Below are positions 1 to 10,372 of a stretch of 64,000 nucleotides of DNA, one piece after another. Every line of letters starts with the position of its first letter. The first letter of the stretch is position 1. A model generated the notes under the pieces. It saw only the letters and a list, made by a program, of their open reading frames with translations. It searched no databases and had not been told where the DNA came from. The stretch is from Leptogorgia sarmentosa (Eukaryota): assembly GCA_964658305.1 (NCBI GenBank), contig OZ210885.1, positions 8,928,001 to 8,992,000 on the forward strand, read 5' to 3'. The position numbers were made by a program, and so were the translations under genes.

Positions 1-49
1 GGATCCGCCCCTTGTTAATTACGACGTCTGAATAACATCACACCAAACA

Positions 50-123
50 CGTCCCTGGTTGGACTCGAACCAACAACCTTTCGGTTAACAGCCAAACAAG
101 CTAACCGACTGCGCCACAGAGAC
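50..123 (-). tRNA. tRNA-Asn(GTT), variant with D-arm and anticodon-arm substitutions
   Basis: Reverse complement GTCTCTGTGGCGCAGTCGG...CTGTTAA...GGTTCGAGTCCAACCAGGGACG. Confidence 0.75.
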
Positions 124-169
124 TGACACTATGAAAAACCTTCTGAAAGAAAAATAAACTAAAAATAAA

Positions 170-935
170 TATATGTTATTTACCAGCTGGGAGGTCCGTA
201 CTGGAAAATATTTTGTCGAGGTCTCAAAAACGGCCCGAGGCCGAAGGCCGAGGGACGTTTTTGAGACCGAGACAAAATATTTTCCAGTACGGACCGACCT
301 AAATGGTAAATAACTTATTTATTTTTTCCCCTTGATGTTATGATAAAATTCGTCAAAGATTCCAGTGTTGCGAACTAGATTTTGAGATCAGTTTGTTTGT
401 TTACTTTGCTACTCTATCGCAAGTATGGCTGCTAAACAGCCAAGACGAAGTGAGAAAAAAGCCTTCAAAATTGACGCATTTGCTTCAATATTAACGCTTT
501 CCCACTCAAGATTACTACGAAAAAGGTAAACTTATTAAAATTATTTATTTTCCCGTTCGTTTCACGATACAAACATGGTTAAAATACGCTTTAGACAGCG
601 AAATATTTCGCCGAGAATGTTTTGTTTTGTTCATACTGATGAGACTTTGTTGATACTTATGAGTTTTTGTCGCTGTAAATACCCACTAAAATGTCCTTTA
701 GCATAATAAAATGAACTTTCATGTGTTCTTTATCACCTAAATTCGTTTTGAATATTTTAATAAGCGGCCATTCAATTTTAAAAAACAAAAACATTGTCTA
801 TATTTGTAATTAAATCTACGAGAATGCATGCGAGCGGTCCGTAAAGTAGGTTACGGACCGCTCGGCAACCAATCAGAAAGCTGTATTTAGGTTACGGACC
901 GGGAGTTACGGACCGGAAAAAAATAAATAAATGTT
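170..935. mobile_element. Non-autonomous hairpin-ended element, family A
   Basis: Imperfect palindrome of about 140 bp at 175-314 with tip GGCCGAAGGCC; TACGGACC repeats and CCAAT at the other end; near-identical inverted copy at about 27553-28320. Confidence 0.8.
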
Positions 936-1374
936 ATTTACCGGCTTGGACGTCCGTACGAAAAAAATTTACCCCGAACGGAATAAAGTAACATTAATAT
1001 TTTCTCATTTTACTGTTTTTGCTTGCTGACACGATTAATAAAGATGTAATTCCAGCACAGTAAAGCTATTCGCGATAGGCTGGAAAACCTTCGAATCCAT
1101 GAATAATGACAAAAAAACTAATTGATCATGAAAAAGTTTTTCCATTGGTTTTTATTAAGTTCTTGATTTTCACTCCTTTATAATTTTATTGGTTAAAAGA
1201 GTTTTTAACAGAGTGTATCCCTTTGGTAATTGAAATAACAAGTTCGCTTTTGCAATCATTTTGTTCATGGATCAATTTCTGTCAATTAACTCCGAATTGC
1301 AAAATAGGATGTTGGAAGAGAAAGGTAATAAAATTGGCGACCTTAAAATAACCTTTAAATCTCCTGTCCAATAT

Positions 1375-1446
1375 AGGTTCTGCCGAGACTTGAACTCGGA
1401 TCGCTGGATTCAAAGTCCAAAGTGCTAACCATTACACCACAGAACC
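1375..1446 (-). tRNA. tRNA-Gln(TTG)
   Basis: GGTTCTGTGGTGTAATGGTTAGCAC...CTTTGAA...GAGTTCAAGTCTCGGCAGAACCT. Confidence 0.85.
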
Positions 1447-1573
1447 TTAACACAATCTTGACAAAGTTTCCCAATTCTTTAACGTTTTTCCTTTCTTTCA
1501 CAGCAAAAGGAACACTCTTCAATGGCGGACGTGGATATTTACTGAACACGAATCATGTATCCAACACGTCACA

Positions 1574-1655
1574 GGTAGCGTGGCCGAGCAGTCTAAGGCG
1601 CTGGTTTAAGGCGCCAGTCATTTCGATGACGTGGGTTCGAATCCCACCGCTGCCA
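1574..1655 (+). tRNA. tRNA-Leu(AAG)
   Basis: GGTAGCGTGGCCGAG...TTAAGGC...long variable arm...GGTTCGAATCCCACCGCTGCCA. Confidence 0.85.
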
Positions 1656-2267
1656 AATTTTCGTTGTTCATGGCTGTATTCGTTTATTGAGCTGATATAA
1701 GTTTCACAAGCTGAAGCCTTTCAACCAAATATGGAAAAACTCGTAATTATATCCATGATTGAACAAGAGTAAAATTGATATTTTATGATATCATCCTCCT
1801 TTGCCCAAAAGTATTTCATTCCCACAAACCATTTCATGATGGATAGACTTTTTGCATTGGTTTCCAAATTCTTGATAACTTTTCAATCGTTTCTAATTTC
1901 CTTCGTAAAGATCTTCTATAACACAGTATCGCTTTTGTAACTAAAATAAGAAATTCAAGTTTGAAAACGTGATGCTTCTTATCCAAATTTTGTGAAAACT
2001 CGTAATTTTATCCAGGAAAAAGAGAAAGAGTAAAAATGATGTTTTCTGATATCACCCTCTTTTGGTCGAAACAATTTGATAGCCAGCAACTATTTGATCA
2101 TGGACAGAGTTTTTGCATTGTATTCTAAATTCTTGATCATTTTTTACTCTTCTATAATTTTACTTGCCGCTAACTCAGAATACTTTCAATATGTTGCATT
2201 TCAATTTTAATTGCACGACGAGAAAAAACCTGGCTTTGTAACACAGGAATGGTCAACAAGTTGTCAC

Positions 2268-2339
2268 TCCCATGTGGTGTAGTGGTTAGGATCTGGCGTT
2301 TTCACCGCCATGGCCAGGGTTCGATTCCCGGCGTGGGAA
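2268..2339 (+). tRNA. tRNA-Glu(TTC)
   Basis: TCCCATGTGG...TGGCG TTTTCAC CGCCA...GGTTCGATTCCCGGCGTGGGAA, followed by a T-run terminator. Confidence 0.85.
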
Positions 2340-2424
2340 TTTTTTCTGAAAATTTCAATTTGAAGCAGCTGTGTTCACATTCTCAAACTCGTTCTCTGAA
2401 ACCAAACCATTTTAACAGCGCTAC

Positions 2425-2490
2425 GACCTTGTGGCGCAATTGGTAGCGCGTCTGACTCCAGATCAGAAGGTTAAGTGTTCAATTCACTTC
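2425..2490 (+). pseudogene. tRNA-Trp(CCA) pseudogene, 3' acceptor strand lost
   Basis: GACCTTGTGGCGCAATTGGTAGCGCGTCTGACTCCAGATCAGA... runs into an A-tract where the acceptor 3' strand should be. Confidence 0.75.
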
Positions 2491-2780
2491 AAAAAATATG
2501 GATAGAAAAATAGGAAAAAAAATTTATGCAAATTGAGAAATTAGCAAAACTATTGCTATTGTATTATCTCTATCCCTCTTACCCATTCTTTTGGTGTTTT
2601 CTGTATTCAAGTCCTTGTTGACATGATCTTGCTTTTCGACAAAAAGTTGATTTTGCTGATCATGTTTAAAGTGTAACAATTTCCTAGAACTTACTCTGAT
2701 TTATTATTTGAAGGTGTTTGGTGAAAATGTTCGGCATCTTGTGGAATATGATTATTATAACGAAAGAGTCGGGCAACTTT

Positions 2781-2851
2781 GCGTTTGTGGTTCAGTGGTA
2801 GAATTCTCGCCTGCCACGCGTGAGACCGGGGTTCGATTCCCCGCTAACGCA
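2781..2851 (+). tRNA. tRNA-Gly(GCC), variant with stem mismatches
   Basis: GCGTTTGTGGTTCAGTGGTAGAATTCTCGCCTGCCACGCG...GGTTCGATTCCCCGCTAACGCA. Confidence 0.78.
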
Positions 2852-3280
2852 GATTATTATCATTTCTTGCATTTCGGTTTCGGTTGCAACTCGAGAAAAA
2901 ACGTGGCTTTGTAACACAGACATAATCTCATAATTTTATCCATAACAGAGGAAAGTAAAATTAATATTTTCTTCACCCTCTTTTAGCTAAAACTGTTTGA
3001 TAGCCACAAACGATCTCATCATGGAGACAGAGTTTTTGCATTGGTTTCCAAATTCTTGATTATTTTTCAATCGTTTCTAATTTTACTCATTAATTAAAGA
3101 GCTTCTATAATAGATATCGCTTTTGTAACTAAAATAAGAAGTTCACCTTCGCATCAATTGTTCTTCCTCGATGAATGATTTTTTTTCAACTAACTGTGAC
3201 TTGCAAAAAGGACATTGTAAGAGAAACGTAATGAAATTCGCTACCTTATGCAATGTTTCAAATGCATAGTTGAGTCTACT

Positions 3281-3352
3281 AGGTTCTGCCGAGACTTGAA
3301 CTCGGATAGATGGATTCAAATTCCAAAGTGCTAACCATTACACCACAGAAAC
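3281..3352 (-). pseudogene. tRNA-Gln(TTG) degenerate duplicate
   Basis: Near-copy of 1375-1446 with substitutions in the acceptor and anticodon arms. Confidence 0.7.
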
Positions 3353-3476
3353 TTAACACGTTAATATAAATGTTTCGAATTTTTTTAACGCTTCTTCTTT
3401 CTGTAATACAGAAAGGCATCTCTTTAAACGATGTCGATGTTTACTAAAAAGAAATTATATCGTTCAGGATGTCACT

Positions 3477-3562
3477 GGTAGCCTGGCCGAGTGGTCTAAG
3501 GCGCTGGTTTAATGAAGGCACCAGTCATTTCAATGGCGTGGGTTCGAATCCCACCGCTGCCA
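3477..3562 (+). pseudogene. tRNA-Leu(AAG) duplicate with a 4-nt insertion in the anticodon loop
   Basis: Copy of 1574-1655; loop reads TTAATGAAGGC instead of TTAAGGC. Confidence 0.72.
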
Positions 3563-4035
3563 AATGTTCGTTGTTCTTGCACGTTGTGGTTGATTCAGCT
3601 CACATAAGTTTCACAAGCTGACGCTTCTTATCCATATTTTGGGAAAACTCATAATTTCATCCATAACGGAAAAAATAGTAAAATTCTCAACTCTTGATAA
3701 TTTTTCACTTTTGTATCATTTTTCCCATTAAAGAGCTTCCATAAACGAGTATATATCGCTTTTGCACTACACGAAATGTATGGCAAACCCTCAATTTCAC
3801 TGTCGAAAACGCTAACAAGACAAACACAGTTTTTCCGGTGACCATTAAAATTTCCCAATGGTATTAAAATCGTTTTATTTTAACTGGGAGCATAGAAAAA
3901 ATTGTAATAAAATAATGGTACCTCTTTCACGTATTTGGGTCCGATAAATTCTCAAGGGAAAGAATCACAACAGGATGTGGCATGTTGAACGTAGCAAAGA
4001 ATAAATATGGTAGGAAATTGCATGTTTTCATGTGT

Positions 4036-4159
4036 GTCAAGATGGCCGAGCGGTCTAAGGCGCCAGACTCAAGTGCAAAAACTTGTCACGATCAACCTTG
4101 ACACAATAGGGCGTTCTGGTCCACACATGTGGTTGTGGGTTCGAATCCCACTCCTGACA
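4036..4159 (+). tRNA. tRNA-Leu(CAA) with a canonical-position intron of about 40 nt (about 4074-4113)
   Basis: GTCAAGATGGCCGAGCGGTCTAAGGCGCCAGACTCAAG[intron]TTCTGGTCC...GGTTCGAATCCCACTCCTGACA; one acceptor-stem mismatch. Confidence 0.82.
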
Positions 4160-4301
4160 ACAAATTTACAAACAAATTGAGAACATCTCTTTTCAAAGCT
4201 GATTTATTTACCAATTTCGATATCACCAAGAATATTTTTCTGATTTTTTACTGAAAAATTCCTAAGAGGAAAATATCTCCAATTAAAAAAGCTCATGTGT
4301 A

Positions 4302-4374
4302 TGTTTCCGCCCATGTTCGAACTGAGGACCTTGCGCGTGTTAAGCGCATGTGATAACCACTACACTACGGAAAC
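4302..4374 (-). tRNA. tRNA-Val(AAC), T-stem mismatch variant
   Basis: GTTTCCGTAGTGTAGTGGTTATCAC...TTAACAC...; first copy in a tandem unit of about 173 bp. Confidence 0.75.
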
Positions 4375-4474
4375 TGACTTATGCGCAAACATAGAAGTAG
4401 ATGTATTCACTTTAATTATTTTTTTTTAAATTTGAAAAGAAAGAAATATCTGCAGTTAAAAAAGCTCATATGTA

Positions 4475-4547
4475 TGTTTCCGCCCAGGTTCGAACTGAGG
4501 ACCTTGCGCGTGTTAAGCGCATGTGATAACCACTACACCACGGAAAC
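4475..4547 (-). tRNA. tRNA-Val(AAC)
   Basis: Intact cloverleaf; second copy in the tandem unit. Confidence 0.87.
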
Positions 4548-4955
4548 TGACTTATGCGCAAACATACAAATAGATGTATTCACTTCAACTATTTTTTTTT
4601 TCAAATTTGCAAAGAAAAAAATATCTGCAGTTAAAAAAGCTCATATGAGACACAGTTTCGGAGATGTGAATCGATGCAACAAAAAATATGAAGCAAGTTA
4701 AAGGCAATGCAGATCCAAGCCAGATTTAAACTGGGGTCCTTCCACTGTGCGACGCATGCAGAAACCAGTGCACTACACGAAATGTATAGCAATCCCTAAA
4801 TTTCACCGAAGAAACTAGAAAACGTTAACAAGATAAAATAAAAAATAACAAAACCACAGTATTTCCGATTACCATTCAAATTTTCCATTGGTATTAAAAT
4901 CGTTTGATTTTAACTGGGATTATAGAAAAATACGTCTTACTTGGTTAATGAACTA

Positions 4956-5027
4956 GGGCTTGCACGGGAATCGAACCTGTGACCTCTCGCACCCGAAGCG
5001 AGAATCATACCACTAGACCAGCAAGCC
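4956..5027 (-). tRNA. tRNA-Pro(CGG), T-stem mismatch variant
   Basis: GGCTTGCTGGTCTAGTGGTATGATTCTCGCTTCGGGTGCGAGAGG... Confidence 0.78.
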
Positions 5028-5136
5028 ATTGATGGTATCAAAATGTTTTTAATGTACTTTGTACTGACGGAGAAAATGGGGGATTAGTGTAAAAACTTAG
5101 CCGTTCGAAAACATTTCCCAATCTTGCAGCGAAGTC

Positions 5137-5218
5137 GCCGTGATCGTATAGTGGTTAGTACATTGCGTTGTTACCGCTATAACCCGGGTTCGAATCCTAG
5201 TCACGCCTAGTCACGGCA
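5137..5218 (+). pseudogene. tRNA-His-derived pseudogene
   Basis: GCCGTGATCGTATAGTGGTTAGTAC...; altered anticodon loop and a 10-nt duplication CCTAGTCACG at the 3' end. Confidence 0.72.
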
Positions 5219-5386
5219 TCTGATTCAAACAGGAAACGTATTGTAATTACGATTACGGATATCGTCACCGTTGAAGTTCTGTTTATTATTGCCGTTGGAT
5301 GTCGCCTTGGCATAAAATCGGATTTTTGATCAAAAATAATATCCATTATTTTTATATGTCTTTTCGGAAGGTTTGCAATGGAGTAG

Positions 5387-5392
5387 GTCTCT

Positions 5393-5436
<44 letters not shown>

Positions 5437-5469
5437 TTGGTTCGAGTCCATGGAGTCCAACCAGGGACG
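5387..5469 (+). pseudogene. tRNA-Asn(GTT) with a 9-nt duplication/insertion in the T arm
   Basis: Canonical Asn body, but GGTTCGAGTCCA-TGGAGTCCA-ACCAGGGACG. Confidence 0.75.
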
Positions 5470-5591
5470 TGTTTCGAGTGATGTTATTCAGGCGTCGTGA
5501 CGGCAAATGTAACCGAATTTTTTGCGCGAGGTTTTCTAAGGATTTACGAAAGCTTTCAAAAAACAGAACGTCTTACTTGGTTAATTAACTA

Positions 5592-5663
5592 GGGCTTGCA
5601 CGGGAATCGAACCCGTGACCTCTCACACCCAAAGCGAGAATCATACCACTAGACCAGCAAGCC
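5592..5663 (-). tRNA. tRNA-Pro(TGG)
   Basis: Same body as 4956-5027 with loop TTTGGGT; stems pair. Confidence 0.83.
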
Positions 5664-5900
5664 ATTGATTGTATCAAATTGTTCTCTAATGTACTTTGTA
5701 CTGACGGAGAAAAATATGGGATTAATGTAATATCTCAACCGTTGCAACTCGAGAAAGGAGATTCTGTTCTCGACGGAAAGAAGTCACGTGATGACACATG
5801 CGGTGAATGAATTTGTATTTAAATGCAAAATTGACAAAACAGAGGCAATGAAAATATTGATAGTTTCCTTGGCAGGTAATTAACCTAGGTCGACTACACA

Positions 5901-5947
5901 GGGAGTGTGGCTCAGTGGTGGAGCATTCGACTGCAGATCGAGAGGCC
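5901..5947 (+). pseudogene. tRNA-Cys(GCA) 5' fragment
   Basis: GGGAGTGTGGCTCAGTGGTGGAGCATTCGACTGCAGATCGAGAGG; no T arm follows. Confidence 0.7.
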
Positions 5948-6295
5948 GTTGTTATCACACCCATAAACTGGAAATCTTCAAAATTCTTGATTTATTGATT
6001 TTGAAATACAAGGCAATGCCAACGTAGTCTTGTGAACTGGAATCCATAAGAATAACTAGGAAATATTTGATTTGAATTGCTTGCCATAGATCTATTTTTG
6101 CTGCTGCCAAATATTTAACATACAATTATTGGAATCGCGTAGAATATTTTTTCTACTTTCAAAAACGGTTAATCTCGGGAATTCCTGAGAAAGAAAGATC
6201 TGACCGATGCTCGAGCCACTTTCGCCGCGGTCTGGATCCGCGCCTGAGACGTCAATGTTAAGTTGAATAACGCGAAATCTCTTGGTTGTTGCAAC

Positions 6296-6376
6296 GTGGT
6301 CGTGGCCGAGTGGTTAAGGCGACAGACTTGAAATCTGTTGGGAAATTCCGCACAGGTTCAAAACCTGCCGACTACG
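6296..6376 (+). tRNA. tRNA-Ser(TGA), variant
   Basis: GTGGTCGTGGCCGAGTGGTTAAGGCG ACAGA CTTGAAA TCTGT, long variable arm, GGTTCAAAACC...CGACTACG. Confidence 0.78.
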
Positions 6377-6718
6377 GAAAGGCAAATTTTCAGAATGTAT
6401 TTGGCAAAATTTTGGTGTTATAGCATGAAATAAGCAGAAAAAAGAGAAAAGTTATGAAAAGAAGTTGTCCAAGAAACTTTTTTAAAGCAAAGTTTTCAAC
6501 TTCTAACTCGAGTCCGAACGACGAGTGCTAATTTGAGTTTTCTGGAAAACACACGAGTATATGTTATTAAACAGTAATATCCATTATTTTTATATTTCTT
6601 TTCGGAAATTTTTCAGTGTTCAGACGTCGTGACGGTAAATGTAACCGAATTTTTTGCGCGGGGTTTTCTAAGGACTTACGAAAGCTTTCAAAAAAGAGAA
6701 CAGTTGGTTAATTAACTG

Positions 6719-6790
6719 GGGCTTGCACGGGAATCGTGCACGTGATCTGTGGGACCCGAAGCGAGAATCATACCTCTAGACCAGCAAGCC
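6719..6790 (-). pseudogene. tRNA-Pro(CGG) degenerate copy
   Basis: Homologous to 4956-5027 with disrupted anticodon and T stems. Confidence 0.7.
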
Positions 6791-6888
6791 ATTGATTGTA
6801 TCAAAAAGTTTTCTAATGTGCTTTGTACTGACGAAGAAAAATATGGTATTAATTAATGTAATATCTCAGCCGTTGCAAAGTCGCCGTG

Positions 6889-7321
6889 GCTAGTTTTTTT
6901 TCCGTAGACAGTCGGACACCTCATTGATGGTCGGACAAATCATTATTAACATATTAACATTAGCATTAGGAATAAGCATTATAAAGATTTTGATTGTAAG
7001 ACCTGGCAGCTTGAGCGGTTGGTGTAGTGGTAAGCATGCGGACTGCGTGCAGCGTGTCTGGGTTCGATCCCCATCAGGGCGTTATTTTTTTCGTCATTTA
7101 TTTTTCATTCTGCCAAAGATATTTGAGCGATTTATTTTTGAAATAAAGCCGTACTTAAAATTTTCTTTCAAAATTTTATTTATATTCAAGGTTAGGGTCA
7201 GAACTACTGTTTGGGTAAGTGTTAGTATTGTCAATTGATCACGGGAAAGAGTCTGGACGCTAACAAAGGAGGAGTCCGACCATCTCGGAGGGGTCCGACT
7301 GTCTACGGAAAAAAAATTTGC
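6889..7321. mobile_element. Mutator-like MITE (9-bp TSD) inserted at the 5' end of a tRNA-His gene
   Basis: TIR GC...TTTTTTTCCGTAGACAGTCGGAC at both ends. TSD GTCGCCGTG at 6880-6888 and 7322-7330. Internal tRNA-like A/B boxes at about 7013-7080. Confidence 0.8.
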
Positions 7322-7324
7322 GTC

Positions 7325-7365
7325 GCCGTGATCGTATAGTGGTTAGTACATTGCGTTGTGGCCAC
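7325..7365 (+). pseudogene. tRNA-His(GTG) 5' half
   Basis: GCCGTGATCGTATAGTGGTTAGTACATTGCGTTGTGGCC, then deleted. Confidence 0.7.
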
Positions 7366-7419
7366 AAAATAATATCCATTATTTTTATATTTCTTTTCGG
7401 AAGGTTTTCAATGGAGTCG

Positions 7420-7465
7420 GTCTCTGTGGCGCAATCAGTTAGCGCGTTCGAGTCCAACCAGGGAC
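7420..7465 (+). pseudogene. tRNA-Asn with the anticodon arm deleted
   Basis: GTCTCTGTGGCGCAATCAGTTAGCGC-GTTCG-AGTCCAACCAGGGAC; the deletion lies between two GTTCG microhomologies. Confidence 0.7.
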
Positions 7466-7680
7466 TGTTTTGTGTGCTCAGACGTCGTGATGGTAAATGT
7501 AAGCATATTTTTGCGCGGGGTTTTGATTTTATTCAGTTGGTCTAAACGAAATTTTACTTTAATGATGCCAAAATATTCCACAAAATACGAAAACTTTTCA
7601 AAAAAAGTTTCTTCGAAAAAGTATAGAATTCATAATTACCACTTCATATTTTTTGTGACGTTTTTCACCTGGCAATATAG

Positions 7681-8081
7681 GTTCTCCAACATTGGGCGAG
7701 ATATTCAACTCATCCTAAGACTGTCCTGATGTTGTTGATAAATTAGCTGGAGCAAAAGATGGATCTTGCTGGATCCTTCGGAAGAACCCACAAGGTACAA
7801 GCTCATGCTTCCGAAGCTGAAATCTACATAATGAATCTTGCAAATAGTCTTAAAATTATTTTAATTAGGTTTGGTGTTATATTCATACAGACTAAGCTGG
7901 ATTAATTTGCGTTGGTTGGAATGAAGAATAGTCCAGTAAGTTCGACAGTCCCATCCGATTCGTCCCCGGTTGACCCACAAGGACCGCCACACTGGTCAAG
8001 TGTTTTGGGCGATATCACAGTTCTTGATTTTAGAGTCCAGGTCTCAACAAACAAAAGTTTTGATGGCACAAGAGCAGACTG
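7681..8081 (+). pseudogene. Two-exon remnant resembling the N-terminal part of a fibrinogen-related domain
   Basis: 'DCPDVVDKLAGAKDGSCWI' then 'VWCYIHTD*AG' / 'FALVGMKNSPVS...PHWSSVLGDITVLDFRVQ...DW|gtaag'; contains stops and a frameshift. Confidence 0.45.
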
Positions 8082-9513
8082 GTAAGAATACACAAACTAA
8101 TAATTTCTTGTTAACCATGCGCAAAGTCAGCACCGAGCTCGTCTTTTGTACCGACAGTGCACGTAGTGCGAGTTATAACAGGAAAATGATTATCTCATAC
8201 GAACATATGATTGAAACTTCAACACTTTCTATCATATCAGCAACTTTACAATAAAGAATACCGAATGGTTTTCCGTGCAGGATTGCGTCATTCATACACG
8301 TGGGATGTGGCGACTTTCGGAAAGCGTAAAAAATCAAGAGCCGCAGGCGAGTCACTTTCCGAAACTCAAGCCACATCCCAAGTGTATGGATAACGCTATC
8401 CTGCACGGAAAAATCATTTGGTAATTGTTTTATAAAATAACTAAAGTGAAACAACGGAAAACGTTAATATTTCTTTTCCATAAATACGAAAACCCTTGTT
8501 TGTTGTTTTCGATAGCAATTTGTGTTACTGTCAAATTTTCGCATTTTATTTTAATTTATTGCCGACATTTTAAAAATCCCGTGACTCGTGAGCATTATGC
8601 TCGTGAGTAAGCATTCAGAATTTTCCAATCAGGATACTGTGCAGGATTGTCTGATCTTGCAGGATTATTGACCAATCAAATTGCGTGTTTCACTGTAGTT
8701 ATTATGTAACAGCCTTTCACGGCCGAAAACAATTTACTCGATAAGCGTGGTGACGTCATAACGTGGTCAATAAGATCAGAACTGAGTCATTAGACATGCG
8801 AAATATTTTCTTGTCAACAGAGATAACTTTTCCCATATGAAGAGTCCCTTAGTCTGCAAACAAAATTATAAGGATCAATGGTCCAATGATGTATCTGTAA
8901 AAGACTGCGGAAATGAAATGATTTTAGAATACGACTAAGAGATAATGACGTCTGAAGTTCAGTAAGGTTTGCTGATAATGCTGTACATGTGACGACCATT
9001 GCAAACATCATTGGTAATTTTACTTTTATTGACAAGTATTCTATAATAATTCCATAGTTACAAACCATCAAATACAACTAAAAATTTACACTAAAGTCAA
9101 AACAAAATCATTTTCAAATATACAGTTGCCTCTTACGTTAATCAGGCAAATTGCTGAACATTTCCAGATATGTTCACCGTTTAACTTATTCAGTGATACT
9201 GTCACACAGCTATTTCCTGCTGAAGCCTGGACAAGTGTATCTTAATTACTGACAGTAGGGATATTGAATAATGAATGAGGTAAAATGTAGAAAACATTGA
9301 ATCAGAAATGATCTCAGAAAATATGATGCCTGCGTCTACTATCAAATTAATGACTTTCAAAAATTAAGTAACGCACCGATTCGAATGGTGGTTGTTTTGG
9401 TAAAAATAGTCATAGTCGAATATTAGTCTACAGGGTGTCCCAAAAAGCCCCAAAACCTTTGAAATTAGCGCATTGTTTGAATTTGAATGCCCCAGCACTA
9501 AGCTAACCCCTAA

Positions 9514-9720
9514 GATCCCGTTTACACGGCACCGGATCAGCTTGGTCACGACATCAAATTTAATTGTTTCAAGACGAGTGTGGCTCTTAATTAAATCTAT
9601 GGTAATATTACAGAATTTAATAACCACTAATCATAGAATGTTTGGTTAGAGTAAAAATAACCTAAAACGCGACGAAATCATTGTCGTGACTACGTGAATC
9701 CAGTACCGTGAAACGGGGTC
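9514..9720. mobile_element. PIF/Harbinger-like MITE nested in a Tc1/mariner-like MITE (about 9431-9920)
   Basis: TAA on both sides; TIR GA(T/C)CCCGTTT(A)CACGG. The host starts TA-CAGGGTGTCCC and has degenerate inverted ends. Confidence 0.65.
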
Positions 9721-10046
9721 TAAGCTAAGCCAATTTTGCAAGCCATTACTTTAGTCTATATTCAAATTTTGGTTTTAATCAAATCGGACGCATATTACAA
9801 GTATATCTCATTACAATTGCTTAATTACTTTTTACGAATTTTTTCGAGTTCAAACTGAAAGGGCTTTCAAATTCCAACAATGCATTAATTTCAATGGTTT
9901 TGGTTTTTTGAGTCTTTATTCTACTTTATATACATTTTATAGTATTTTTCATTGCAAGAAATATTGATATTGTTACTCCACATACTGTATCCTTGTTTCC
10001 ACGTTTAATATTCATTTCAGACAATGTTGCAATATCTCTCAAGTCT

Positions 10047-10372
10047 TCAACCTTTTGGTTGGAGTTCTTTTGAATGCGAGGATAACTTATTAAGACGAAG
10101 GAAGCAGACCCGACCTCCTGCCAGGCCAACACAAACCATTCCATTTGAGCCACATGCAATGGCTAAAACATTCCGGTCGAAATGAAACTCTTCAACACAC
10201 TCTCCATTTTGTAGGTTCCACAGTTTCAGCGTCTTGTCATAATCCGAGCACGACAAAAGAAATTCACTTCCGGCCGCTAATGCCAACGCTCTGATACGTT
10301 CAGCATTTTGAATTGGAAATCTATAGAGAACCTTTCCAGTTATGAAGTCCTTAATCGCCAAAGAACCATGAC
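10047..10372 (-). CDS. Coding exon 15 (terminal): last WD40 blades and stop codon
   Basis: LLSCSDYDKTLKLWNL...VCVGLAGGRVCFLRL; TGA at 10049-10047; AATAAA on the minus strand at 9920-9915. Confidence 0.88.

Noticed and set aside
4705..4785. Very degenerate tRNA-like sequence on the minus strand
   Set aside because: Too eroded to assign stems or an anticodon.
5137..5218. His-body tRNA with a GTT (Asn) anticodon as a functional recoding tRNA
   Set aside because: Additional anticodon-arm changes and a 3' duplication indicate a pseudogene.
1355..7545. Short ORFs overlapping the tRNA genes
   Set aside because: They are chance translations of tRNA and flanking sequence with no protein features.
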